NCBI GenBank assembly: GCA_964016885.1
Contig: OZ024742.1
Span: forward strand, 287,060,001 to 287,124,000
DNA length: 64,000 nucleotides
Origin: Eledone cirrhosa
Taxonomy: Eukaryota
Direction: 5' to 3'
This document shows positions 14,555 to 29,000 of this stretch, in pieces. Numbering within the stretch: position 1 is the first letter of the stretch; each line of letters starts with the position of its first letter. Under the pieces are notes generated by a model, which worked only from the letters and a program-made list of their open reading frames with translations, did no database searches and had not been told where the DNA came from. The position numbers were made by a program, and so were the translations under genes.

Positions 14555-14699
14555 TAAATATATATATACATATATACATAGATATACACATATATATATA
14601 TACATATATATAGATATACATATATATAGATATACATATATATATATATACATATATATATACATATATACATATATATATATACATATATACATATAC

Positions 14700-14732
<33 letters not shown>

Positions 14733-14969
14733 CATATATACATATATACATATACATATATATATATATACATATATATATACATATATATATATACATA
14801 TATATACATACATATATACATATATATATATATACATATATACATATATATATATATACATATATACATATATATATATATACATATATATATATACATA
14901 TATATACATATTTATATATATACATATATACATATACATATATATATATATATATATATACATATATAC

Positions 14970-15016
<47 letters not shown>

Positions 15017-15354
15017 CATATATATATATACATATATATATATACATATATATACATATACATATATATATACATATACATATATATATACATATATATA
15101 TATATACATATATATATACATATAAATATATATGTATATATATACATATATATATATATATACATACATACACATATATATATATATACATATATATACA
15201 TATACATATATAATATATACATATATATATACATATATATATATATACATATATATAAATATACATATATATATATACATATATATATACATATATATAT
15301 ATACATATATATATACATATATATACATATATATATATATACATATATATATAC

Positions 15355-15385
<31 letters not shown>

Positions 15386-15432
15386 CATATATATATACAT
15401 ATATATACATATATATATACATATATATATAC

Positions 15433-15552
<120 letters not shown>

Positions 15553-15776
15553 ATAAATATATATATACACATATATATATATACATATATATATATACAT
15601 ATATATATACACATATATATATACACATATATATATATATACATATATATATATAAATATATATATACACATATATATATACATACATATATATATATAC
15701 ATACATATATATATATACATACATATATATATATATACATACATATATATATATACATACATATATATATATATAC

Positions 15777-15857
<81 letters not shown>

Positions 15858-15885
15858 CACACATATATATATATATACATACATA

Positions 15886-15965
<80 letters not shown>

Positions 15966-16219
15966 CACATATATATATATATACATATATATCTATATAT
16001 ACATACACATATATATATATATACATATATATCTATATATACATACACATATATATATATATATACATATATATCTATATATATATTACATATATATATA
16101 CATATATATATACATATATATATATATACATATATATCTATATATACATACACATATATATATATATATACATATATATCTATATATATATTACATATAT
16201 ATATATATATATATATTAC

Positions 16220-16361
<142 letters not shown>

Positions 16362-16364
16362 TAC

Positions 16365-16395
<31 letters not shown>

Positions 16396-16554
16396 CATAT
16401 ATATATATACATATATATATATACATATATATATACATATATATATATACATATATATATACATATATATATATACATATATATATATACATATATATAT
16501 ACATATATATATATATACATATATATATACATATATATATACATATATATATAC

Positions 16555-16663
<109 letters not shown>

Positions 16664-16740
16664 CATATATATATACATATATATATACATATATATATAC
16701 ATATATATATACATATATATATATATATACATATATATAC

Positions 16741-16777
<37 letters not shown>

Positions 16778-16822
16778 CATATATATCTATATATACATAT
16801 ATATATATATACATATATATAC

Positions 16823-16871
<49 letters not shown>

Positions 16872-16898
16872 CATACATATATATATACATACATATAC

Positions 16899-16975
<77 letters not shown>

Positions 16976-17535
16976 CATACATATATATATATATACATAT
17001 ATATATACATATACATATACATATATACATACATATATATAAATACATATATATATATATACATATATACATACATATATATATATATACATACATATAT
17101 ATATACACATACATATATATATATATAAATACATATATATATATACATATATACATACATATATATATATATACATACATATATATATATATACACATAC
17201 ATATATATATATATAAATACATATATATATATATACATATATACATACATATATATATATATACATACATATATATATATATACACATACATCTATATAT
17301 ATATAAATACATATATATATATATACATATATACATACATATATATAAATACATATATATATATATACATATATACATACATATATATATATATACATAC
17401 ATATATATATATATATATATACACATACATATATATATATATAAATACATATATATATATATAAATACATATATATATATATACATATATACATACATAC
17501 ATATATATATACATATATATATATATATACATACA

Positions 17536-17947
17536 CCCCATCCACACCGCCCCTTCAATGTAAAGTTATGTTGGTGCCACTACATCCAGGCCGAAACAAA
17601 TGAGATTGTGTAGACACAGTCCACGGTGTAATGTGGTCGTGTAGGCAACACGGTAAAAACCTCCCAGCCCCACACTGTAAATGTGGTTGGTGTTAGGAAG
17701 GGCATCCAGCTGTAGAAAACCTGCCAGACAGTCCACGCTGTAATGTGGCCGTGTAGGCAACACGGTAAAAACCTCCCAGCCCCACACTGTAAATGTGGTT
17801 GGTGTTAGGAAGGGCATCCAGCTGTAGAAAACCCGCCAGATAGTCCTATGCGAGCAAGACAAACACTCTTGCCTCAAGTGGGAAAACCCCCGTCCAAACC
17901 CATGCAAGCGTGGAACACGGACGTTAAACGTTGATGATGATGATGAT
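17536..17947 (+). mobile_element. RTE LINE 3'UTR-only copy (duplicated 112-bp unit subfamily)
   Basis: Matches the 3'UTR of the intact copy and ends in (GAT)n. Confidence 0.92.
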
Positions 17948-17952
17948 ACATA

Positions 17953-18991
17953 CTAGCATGAAAGCCCGGCGTTGCTCGGGGTCATTAAGTTACCAAAGTT
18001 AGGTTGCACCACCCATTTTATGGCAGCACTTTTTTGTCTGCCAGGCACTGGGTGAATGAATTGCAGACCTGGAAGCAGGAGCTGCGCCAGCAGTGACAGT
18101 TGTAGTTCCGCCTATGGATATTATCTCTGTGCAAAAAAGTGTTGAAATTTATTGTTTCACAGTACTTGTGCAACACGCGCGTAGACGATGCCAGCTGAAC
18201 AACAGAGCTGCGATGGAGTTGTTCTGCATGGTTGTCTGTGTGTTTTCTAAATTTAAGACAGTAGGGAGGGTTGTGATATGAGGGAGAGTTAGCTGTTGTT
18301 TCTAGCAGGTTAGTGACCTCATAGAGGATATGTGTTTTCTAAATTTAAGACAGTAGGGAGTGGTGTGATATGGAGGAGAGTTAGCTGCTGTTTCTAGCAG
18401 GTTTAGTGACCTCATAGAAGATATGTTTTCTAAATTTAAGACAGTAGGGATGGGTGTGATATGGGGGAGAGTTAGCTGCTGCTATAAAAGGCAGATTGTT
18501 GTTGTTGTTGTTGTTGAAGTGAGTGTGTGTTTGTATGCGTTTGGAAAAGAGGTTTTAAAAAAGATTTATCGCTTGTTGTTGAATAAATGTATCTGTTGCT
18601 TTTGAATAATTGTCGTTTCGTATGAAATGTAATAATTTAAAGTATAAAAGAGAAAGTAGCAAAATGTGTGGGTTGTAGATATAGGTAGGCAGATGATATG
18701 AGAGAGTAAAACGGACATCAAGCTTGGAAAGAGAAAGTAGCAGAAAATATGAAGTTGTATAGATTTTGAATGGTAGTGGAAAGAGTTTAGCAGTTTAAGT
18801 GACAGAGAAAAATCGTAAAATATTGAGTTTTATCTATTTTTTGCGTAATTATGGGTGAAATTGAAAAAATGAGATGTGCCAAGATGCAATCGAAACTATT
18901 TTGAATACTGAATTGTAAATTTCAATTGAAAAAATTCTATATCGTAGATTTCTATAAAAAAGGAGCATGACCACACACTGAGCTTTATAGA
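17953..18991 (-). mobile_element. Non-autonomous Helitron with internal tandem repeats of about 92 bp
   Basis: Minus strand starts A|TC at 18991, ends with hairpin cccgagcaacgccggg then CTAG|T at 17953; three repeats tgttttctaaatttaagacagtaggga at 18239-18490. Confidence 0.7.
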
Positions 18992-19132
18992 TTATGATAC
19001 ATATATATATATATACACATATATATATATACACATATACATATATATATATACATATATATATATACACATATACATATACATATATATATATACATAT
19101 ATACACATATACATATACATATATATATATAC

Positions 19133-19245
<113 letters not shown>

Positions 19246-19291
19246 CATATATATATATACATATATATATATACATATATATATACATATA

Positions 19292-19339
<48 letters not shown>

Positions 19340-19357
19340 TATATACATATATACATA

Positions 19358-19484
19358 TGGAGGAGGTTATAGTTCACTGGAAGCATTGTGTAATGAGGTA
19401 TAAACGTTTGTATATGTATAATAAAGCCAAAACAATGCAGGTATGGCAATAGAATAAAGAATGCAAATGCAAAAGATATTGTTG
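19358..19484 (-). mobile_element. Penelope-type pseudo-LTR 3' fragment
   Basis: taaacgtttgtatatgtataataaagccaaaacaatgcaggtatgg is homologous to 34741-34820, which continues into a hammerhead-like motif. Confidence 0.55.
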
Positions 19485-19765
19485 ACCGTGCCAGATGCCT
19501 TCAGCATCTCAGCAACTATTTCCGAAGGCCCAGCCGCCTTACCCGTCTTCATATCCTTGATTGCCTTACTTATTATACTCCCCTCGACTAACACTGCTGG
19601 TCCCTCTATTGGGTCGATATGGGGGAGACTGTCTTTCTCCCATTTGTTCTCCTCATTTAGTAGCCTTTCATAGTGACACTTCCAAGCTACCTTCTTATCA
19701 GTGTCGGTGATGGCAAGTATGCCATCATCGTTAAGTACACACTTCTCCCCGACAATATCACGGTT
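19485..19765 (-). mobile_element. Internal RTE ORF fragment with no 3' end
   Basis: Encodes [15 protein letters not shown]...[10 protein letters not shown], nearly identical to 43395-43695. Confidence 0.92.
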
Positions 19766-19779
19766 ATATACATACATAT

Positions 19780-19811
<32 letters not shown>

Positions 19812-20597
19812 ATATATACATACATATACACATACATATATATATATATACATATATACATATATACATACATATACACATACATATATATATATATACA
19901 TATATACATATATACATACATATACACATACATATATATATATATACATATATACATACATATACACATACATATATATATATATATACATATATACATA
20001 CATATACACATACATATATATATATATATATACATATATACATACATATACACATACATATATATATATATATACATATATACATACATATACACATACA
20101 TATATATATATATATACATATATACATACATATACACATACATATATATATATATACATATATACATACATATACACATACATATATATATATATATACA
20201 TATATACATACATATACACATACATATATATATATATATGCATATATATATACATATACACATACATATATATATATATATACATATATATATACATATA
20301 CACATACATATATATATATATATACATATATACATACATATACACATACATACATATATATATATATATACATACATACATACATATACACATACATATA
20401 TAAATATATGCATATATACATACATATACACATACATATATATATATATATGCATATATACATACATATACACATACATATATATATATATGCATATATA
20501 CATATGTACATATATATATATATATATACATATATATATACATATATACATATACATATATACACATATACATACATATATATACATATATATATAC

Positions 20598-20662
<65 letters not shown>

Positions 20663-20863
20663 CATATATATACATATATAAACATATACATATATATATA
20701 TACATATATATATACATATATACACATATATACATATACATATATATATATACATATATACATATATACATATATACATACATATATATATACATATATA
20801 AACATAAACATATATATACATATATATATACATATATACACATATATACATATATATATATAT

Positions 20864-20895
<32 letters not shown>

Positions 20896-20921
20896 ACATA
20901 TATATACATACATATATATAT

Positions 20922-20983
<62 letters not shown>

Positions 20984-21041
20984 ACATATATATACATACA
21001 TATATATATATACATATATATACATACATATATATATATAC

Positions 21042-21102
<61 letters not shown>

Positions 21103-21117
21103 CATATATATACATAC

Positions 21118-21207
<90 letters not shown>

Positions 21208-21317
21208 ATACATATATATATATATATACATGTATATACATATATATATATATACATGTATATACATATATATATATATACATGTATATACATATATATA
21301 TATATACATGTATATAC

Positions 21318-21349
<32 letters not shown>

Positions 21350-22011
21350 ACATATATATACATATATATACATATACATATATACATATATATACATATA
21401 CATATATATACATATATATACATATACATATATACATATATATACATATAAATATATACATATATATACATATATACATATATATACATATATACATATA
21501 TATACATATACATACATATACATATATATATATACATATATATACATATACATATATATATATACATATATATACATATACATATATATACATATACATA
21601 TACATATATACATATATATACATATATACATACATATACATACATATATATACATATATACATATATATACATATAAATATATACATACATATATATACA
21701 TATATACATATATATACATATAAATATATACATATACATACATATATATACATATATATACATATATATACATATAAATATATACATATATATACATATA
21801 TATACATATACATATAAATATATACATATATACATATATATACATATACATATATATACATACATATATATACATATATACATATATATACATATATATA
21901 TATACATATACATATACATATATATACACATATACATATATATACACATATATATATATATACATATATATACATATATATACACATATATATATATATA
22001 CATATATATAC

Positions 22012-22136
<125 letters not shown>

Positions 22137-22282
22137 TATATATATACATATACATATATATACATATATATACATATACATATATATATATATATATACA
22201 TATATATATACATATATATATACATATATATATACATATATATAGATATATACATATATATATATATATACATACATATATG

Positions 22283-22316
<34 letters not shown>

Positions 22317-22317
22317 C

Positions 22318-22368
<51 letters not shown>

Positions 22369-22396
22369 TGTATATATATATATGTATATATATATA

Positions 22397-23472
22397 TTTC
22401 GTTTCTGAATTTGTTTAGCAATGGGTCATGTTGCCAATAAGAAACACACGCACCAGTTGCTTTCACTTCAATTTATTATATATTTATAAATTTATAAATT
22501 TACAAATCTACAAACTTATAAATTTCTGGTTGGTTGGTTGGTTCCACAACCAGATAGTTGTTTATATATAGTCATAGTCCTTTCGTCACACACTCTGTGT
22601 CCTCTTCAGTGACTGGGGATTCCTTTCTTTGTTTCTGTGCCTTTCCTTTCTTCTATCCTACGCCATTTTGTTTCTGTGTGTGTGTTGTGTGCTCAGTTTG
22701 TGCATGCGCCACATCCGGGTGTCTGTGTGTGTTTGTGTTCATTTATCTATTTGTTTATTTATTTATTTATTTATTGTTGGTTGGTTGTTTGCTCTATGTG
22801 TGTGTGTGTGTTTTCATTTTGTCCTGTGTGTGTTTTCATTTTGTCCTTAATTGTAAGTTGTTTGTTCTATGTGTGTGTGTGTTTTCATTTTGTCCTGTGT
22901 GTGTTTTCATTTTGTCCTTAATTGTAAGTTGTGATGTTGCTGTTCCACTCATATTTTCAATTTAATTTTGGTTGTAATTCTTCTATGCTTACTGCCTCTG
23001 TAATTTGCCTAAACATTGCATCTTTTCTGTGTGTGGATTCTATTTTTATTTCTATGTTCTCTAATCTACCCCTGTGTTCTATCTTAGCATGTTGGTAGAG
23101 CACAGATGATTCTTTATTATCTTGAAGGTCTCGCCACTGTTCATTTATTCTTTCCCCTATACTACGAGCTGTCTCACCTATGTACACTATATTTTTGTTT
23201 CTACATTGTCCTTCAGTACATCTTATGCTATACACTACATTTCTAGTTTTACAGTTAATATGGGGGCTTATTTTACAGGTTATACATTTCTTATCTATAC
23301 ATGAGGGTCTTTGGAACGGGTATGTCTTGCTAATAAGTGTTTTTACGGAGGTACCTGGTCTTTCTACTATCTTAATATTGAGTTTATGTTTATTTAGGGC
23401 CCTTCTAAATTTGTAGGCTAGTTCGCCTCTAGGGGTTGTGTTGATGAACATTACACTCTGGTATTTATTGCT
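22397..23472 (-). mobile_element. Second 5'-truncated Penelope-like copy (GIY-YIG plus pseudo-LTR)
   Basis: ORF 22957-23451 with NVVYSIRC...IVYIGETARSIGERINE; hammerhead copy at 22570-22614; highly similar to 9875-11407. Confidence 0.9.
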
Positions 23473-23502
23473 ATAAATACCAGAGTGTAATGTTCATCAA
23501 TA

Positions 23503-24460
23503 CAAATAGTGGACAGCTTCCGTTACCTGGGTGACAAAATCAGCAGTGGGGGAGGGTGCTCCGAAAGTACAGTAGCTAGAGTCAGAACTGGATGGAAAAA
23601 GTTCAGAGAGCATATACCACTATTAGCCGCTAAAGGGTTCTCCCTAAAAATGAAAGGCAGGTTGTACGATGCCTGCATACGAACAGCAATGTTGCATGGC
23701 AGTGAGACCTGGGCATTGTGTGCAGAGGATATACGCAGACTAGAGAGAAACGAAGCTTGCATGCTCCGCTGGATGTGTAATAGTAATATACGTGAACGAC
23801 AAAGCATAAACGAACTAAGGAAAAAATTAGAAATAAGAGGGATCAGATGTTGTTTACTAGAGAGAAGGCTACGTTGGTATGGTCACGTGATGCGCATGAA
23901 GAACGAAAGCTGTATAACAAAGTGCAGGGCAATAAAGATAGACGGTAGCCACGGTATAGGCAGACCCAGAAAAACCTGGGACGAGCTGATAAACTACGAC
24001 CTCACACACTTACACCTCACCAAGACAATGTCACTGGACCGAGACCTTTGGCGGTACTCAGTAATAGAGAAGACCCGCCTTACCTAAATACAAAGTAAAA
24101 CCTACTACAGTCAGTAGGCATCTCTGACAAAATACACCCCCGTCCCACCACCCCCTTCTATGTAAAGTTATGTTGGTGCCACACCATCGAGGCCGAAACA
24201 AATGAGATCATGTAGGTGTCACGACAAAAAAAACACACAGTCCACGCTGTAATGTGGCCGTGTAGGCAACACGGTAAAAACCTCCCAGACGCACACTGTA
24301 AATGTGGTTGGTGTTAGGAAGAGCATCCAACTGTAGAAAACCTGCCAGACAGTCCTATGCGAGCAAGACAATCACTCTTGCCTCAAGTGGGAAAACCCCC
24401 GTCCAAACCCATGCAAGCGTGGAACACGGACGTTAAACATTGATGATGATGATAATGATG
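23503..24460 (+). mobile_element. 5'-truncated RTE LINE
   Basis: ORF 23509-24087 (DSFRYLG...EKTRLT), 3'UTR and (GAT)n tail. Confidence 0.95.
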
Positions 24461-24483
24461 CATATACATATATATATGCATAT

Positions 24484-24540
<57 letters not shown>

Positions 24541-24807
24541 CATATATATATATACATATATATATACATATATATATATACATATATATATATACATATA
24601 CATATATACATATATATACATATATATATATATATATACATATACATACATATATATATATATATACATATACATATACATACATATATATATATATATA
24701 CATATACATACATATATATATATATATACATATACATATACATACATATATATATATATATACATATACATACATATATATATATATATACATATACATA
24801 TACATAC

Positions 24808-24838
<31 letters not shown>

Positions 24839-24848
24839 CATATATATA

Positions 24849-24879
<31 letters not shown>

Positions 24880-25037
24880 ATACATATATATATATACATA
24901 TATATATATACATATATATATATACATATATATATATACATATATATATATACATATATATATATACATATATACATATACATATATATATATACATATA
25001 TATATATACATATATATATATACATATATACATATAC

Positions 25038-25068
<31 letters not shown>

Positions 25069-25102
25069 CATATATATATATACATATATACATATACATA
25101 TA

Positions 25103-25170
<68 letters not shown>

Positions 25171-25179
25171 CATATATAC

Positions 25180-25210
<31 letters not shown>

Positions 25211-25245
25211 CATATATATATACATATATATATATACATATACAT

Positions 25246-25288
<43 letters not shown>

Positions 25289-25341
25289 TATATACATATA
25301 TACATATATATATACATATATATATATACATATATATATAC

Positions 25342-25376
<35 letters not shown>

Positions 25377-26011
25377 CATATATATATGTTTCATACATAT
25401 ATATATATACATATATACATATATATATATACATATATACATATATATATACATATGTATATATACATATATATATATATACATATGTATATATACATCA
25501 TCATCATCATCATCATCATCAGGTTTAGCGTCCGTGTTCCACGCTTGCATGGGTTTGGACGGGGGTTTTCCCACTTGAGGCAAGAGTGGTTGTCTTGCTC
25601 GCATAGGACTGTCTGGCGGGTTTTCTACAGTTGGATGCCCTTCCTAACACCAACCACATTTACAGTGTGGGGCTGGGAGGTTTTTACCGTGTTGCCTACA
25701 CGGCCACATTACAGCGTGGACTGTCTGGCGGGTTTTCTACAGCTGGATGCCCTTCCTAACACCAACCACATTTACAGTGTGGGGCTGGGAGGTTTTTACC
25801 GTGTTGCCTACACGGCCACATTTACAGCGTGGACTGTGTGTTTTTTGTCGTGACACCTACACGATCTCATTTGTTTCGGCCTGGATGTTGTGGGGCCAAC
25901 ATAACTTTACATTGAAAGGGGCGGTGTGGGTGGGGTGGAGGTGGAGGTGGTGGGACGGGGGTGTGTTTTGATAGAGGTGCCTACTGACTGTAGTAGGTTT
26001 TTACTTTGTAT

Positions 26012-29000
26012 TTAGGTAAGGCGGGTCTTCTCTATTACTGAGTACCGCCAAAGGTCTCGGTCCAGTGACATTGTCTTGGAGAGGTGTAAGCGTGTGAGGT
26101 CGGAAATTATCAGCTCGTCCCATGTTTTTCTGGGTCTGCCTACTCCGTGGCTACCGTCTATCTTTATTGCCCTGCACTTTGTTATACAGCTGTCGTCTTT
26201 CATGCGCATCACGTGACCGTACCAACGTAGCCTTCTCTCGAGTAAACAACATCTGATCCCTCTTATTTCTAATTTTTTCCTTAGTTCGTTTATGCTTTGC
26301 CGTTCACGTATATTACTATTGCACATCCAGCGGAGCATGCAAGCTTCGTTCCTCTCTAGTCTGCGTATATCCTCTGCACACAATGCCCAGGTCTCACTGC
26401 CATGCAGCATTGCTGTTCGTATGCAGGCATCGTATAACCTGCCTTTCATTTTTAGGGAGAACCCTCTAGCGGCTAATAGTGGTATAAGCTCTCTGAACTT
26501 TTTCCATCCAGTTCTGACTCTAGCTACTGTACTTTCAGAGCACCCTCCCCCACTGCTGATTTTGTCACCCAGATAACGGAAGCTATCCACTATTTCTATA
26601 GAACCCTCTGCGCAGTTGAAGGAGCTAGTATTTTGTGGGCACTTGCTGCTACTTATTGCACCAGAGCACCGGCCACATGTAAAATCTATGTTCTTAGTTA
26701 GCTTACCTGTGATCCCACTACATCTTTTATGCACCCATACTTTGCATTTGGGACATAAAATGGAGTTTCTACCTACGCCTTTCCTACACACTGAGCATGG
26801 CCATTTCCCCGATGGGACCGCCGCCTTATTTTCTTTCCTACAAACTAGAACTTTAGTCTTAGCCAGGTTAATTTTAAGGCCTTTTGATTCTAGGCCGTGC
26901 TTCCACGTTTGGAATTTCTTCTCTAGTTCGGTCATTGATTCAGCTATGAGCGTTAGATCATCTGCGTATAGGAGTTCCCATGGGCAGCCGGTCTTGAACT
27001 CCTCTGTTATAGCCTGAAGGGCAATAATAAATAGTAGGGGGCTAAGTACAGAGCCCTGATGGACACCAACTTTTACGCTAAACTCTTCACTATATTCGTT
27101 GTTAATTCTAACCTTACTGACTGTTTCTTTATACATGGCTTGTATAGCTCTCACAAGCCATTCGTCAACACCTAGTTTTCTAAGAGACCACCAGATAATG
27201 GAACGGGGGACTCTGTCGAAGGCTTTCTCCAAGTCGACAAAAGCTAAGTATAGGGGTTTACTTTTAGCTAGGTACTTCTCCTGTAGTTGTCGTACAATGA
27301 AAAGAGCGTCTGTGGTACTTTTGCCTGACACAAACCCGAACTGCATTTCATCTAGATCAATTCTCTCTCTGATTAGTTGCGCTATTACTTTTTCCGTGAC
27401 CTTCATGACCTGGTCGATTAATTTAATGCCTCTATAGTTACTCCTATCTAGGGCATCTCCTTTTCCCTTATAGCAGTTAACGATGATGCTGCTACGCCAT
27501 TCCTTCGGAACAACCCCATTCTGTACGACTTGGTTAACTATCCGGGTGACCATGGTGTGTCCCACCGAACCAGATGCCTTCAGCATCTCAGCAACTATTT
27601 CCGAAGGCCCAGCCGCCTTACCCGTCTTCATATCTTTGATTGCCTTACTTATTATACTACCTTCAACTAACACTGCTGGTCCCTCTATTGGATCGATCTG
27701 GGGGAGACTATCTTTCTCCCATTTGTTCTCCTCATTTAGAAGCCTTTCGTAGTGACACTTCCAAGCTACCTTCTTATCAGCGTCGGTGATGGCAAGTATG
27801 CCATCATCGTTAAGTACACACTTCTCCCCGACAATATCACGGTTTTCCTTGACACATTGCCTGGCAATCCTGAACACCTCACGTTTTTGGTCCTCACGTT
27901 GTAGAACATGCTTGAACTTTCTTTCCTCTGCTTCCCTTCTTGCGAAGTACACTTGTCTCCTAGCTTCCCTCCTGGCCACTTGATAGTCTTCTCTACTTCC
28001 CCCATCCCGCCATACTTTCCAAGCCTGCTTTTTGGCCTTAATTGACTCCTCCACCTTACTGTTCCACCACCATGTTACTCTCCTCCTACCTACAGGCCTG
28101 CTCCAGCCACAGACTTCGTCTGCCGCCGTCAGCAGGTTTGCTCTCAGGAATTCCCACTGTTCCTCTATATTATACGACTCTAATTGCTCTTCCTTACTGT
28201 CGAAAGCGTCAAGTAATTTGCTTTGAAATTTATTTCTGGCTATGGGGTCCTTTAGCTTCCATATTTTTCTCCTGAGGATAGTCCTCTTTCGCTGTCTAGT
28301 ACGTCTCGTCCTGACTATGAGGTCGCTAATTATCAGTCTATGTTGGGAGGTGAATTCTTCATGGGGGTGGGATTTAGTGTTAACAACAGACACTCTGTCA
28401 CGTCTTCTGGTAAGGATATAATCTACCTGGCTTGTGTGTTCCCCCGACCTATAGGTGATCAAGTGATTGTCTCGTTTTTTGAAGTTAGTGTTACAGATAG
28501 TTAAGTTATTTGCGTCGCAGAATTCCAGGATTCTGGAGCCTTCCTCATTTCTAGTACCGAACCCATAGCCTCCATGGATTCCGTCATAGCCGTCACAATG
28601 TTGTCCAACGTGACCATTTAGGTCGCCTGCAATAACTATATAGTCACTGTCGGTTATTTGGGAGGTAGCGAGCATCAGTGTCTCGTAGAATCTGTCTTTT
28701 ATAGCGCGGGGCTGTCCGGATTGGGGTGCGTACGCAGATATTACTGTCACCGTAGTTTTATTGAGGACAAGTCTTATTTTAATTATTCTGTCGTTCACTC
28801 TATTTACGTCTATTATCTTATCTGCCCACTTTTCTGCTACCATGATTCCTACCCCACCCAACCCATTGTCATTTCCCACCCAGAAAAGCTTATAGCATCG
28901 CTCTTTACCCACGATGAATCTAGCCGACCCTCCCCTCCACCTGGTCTCTTGAATACAACAAACATCGACCTCCTTACGTTCAAGCATTTCTACAACCTCG

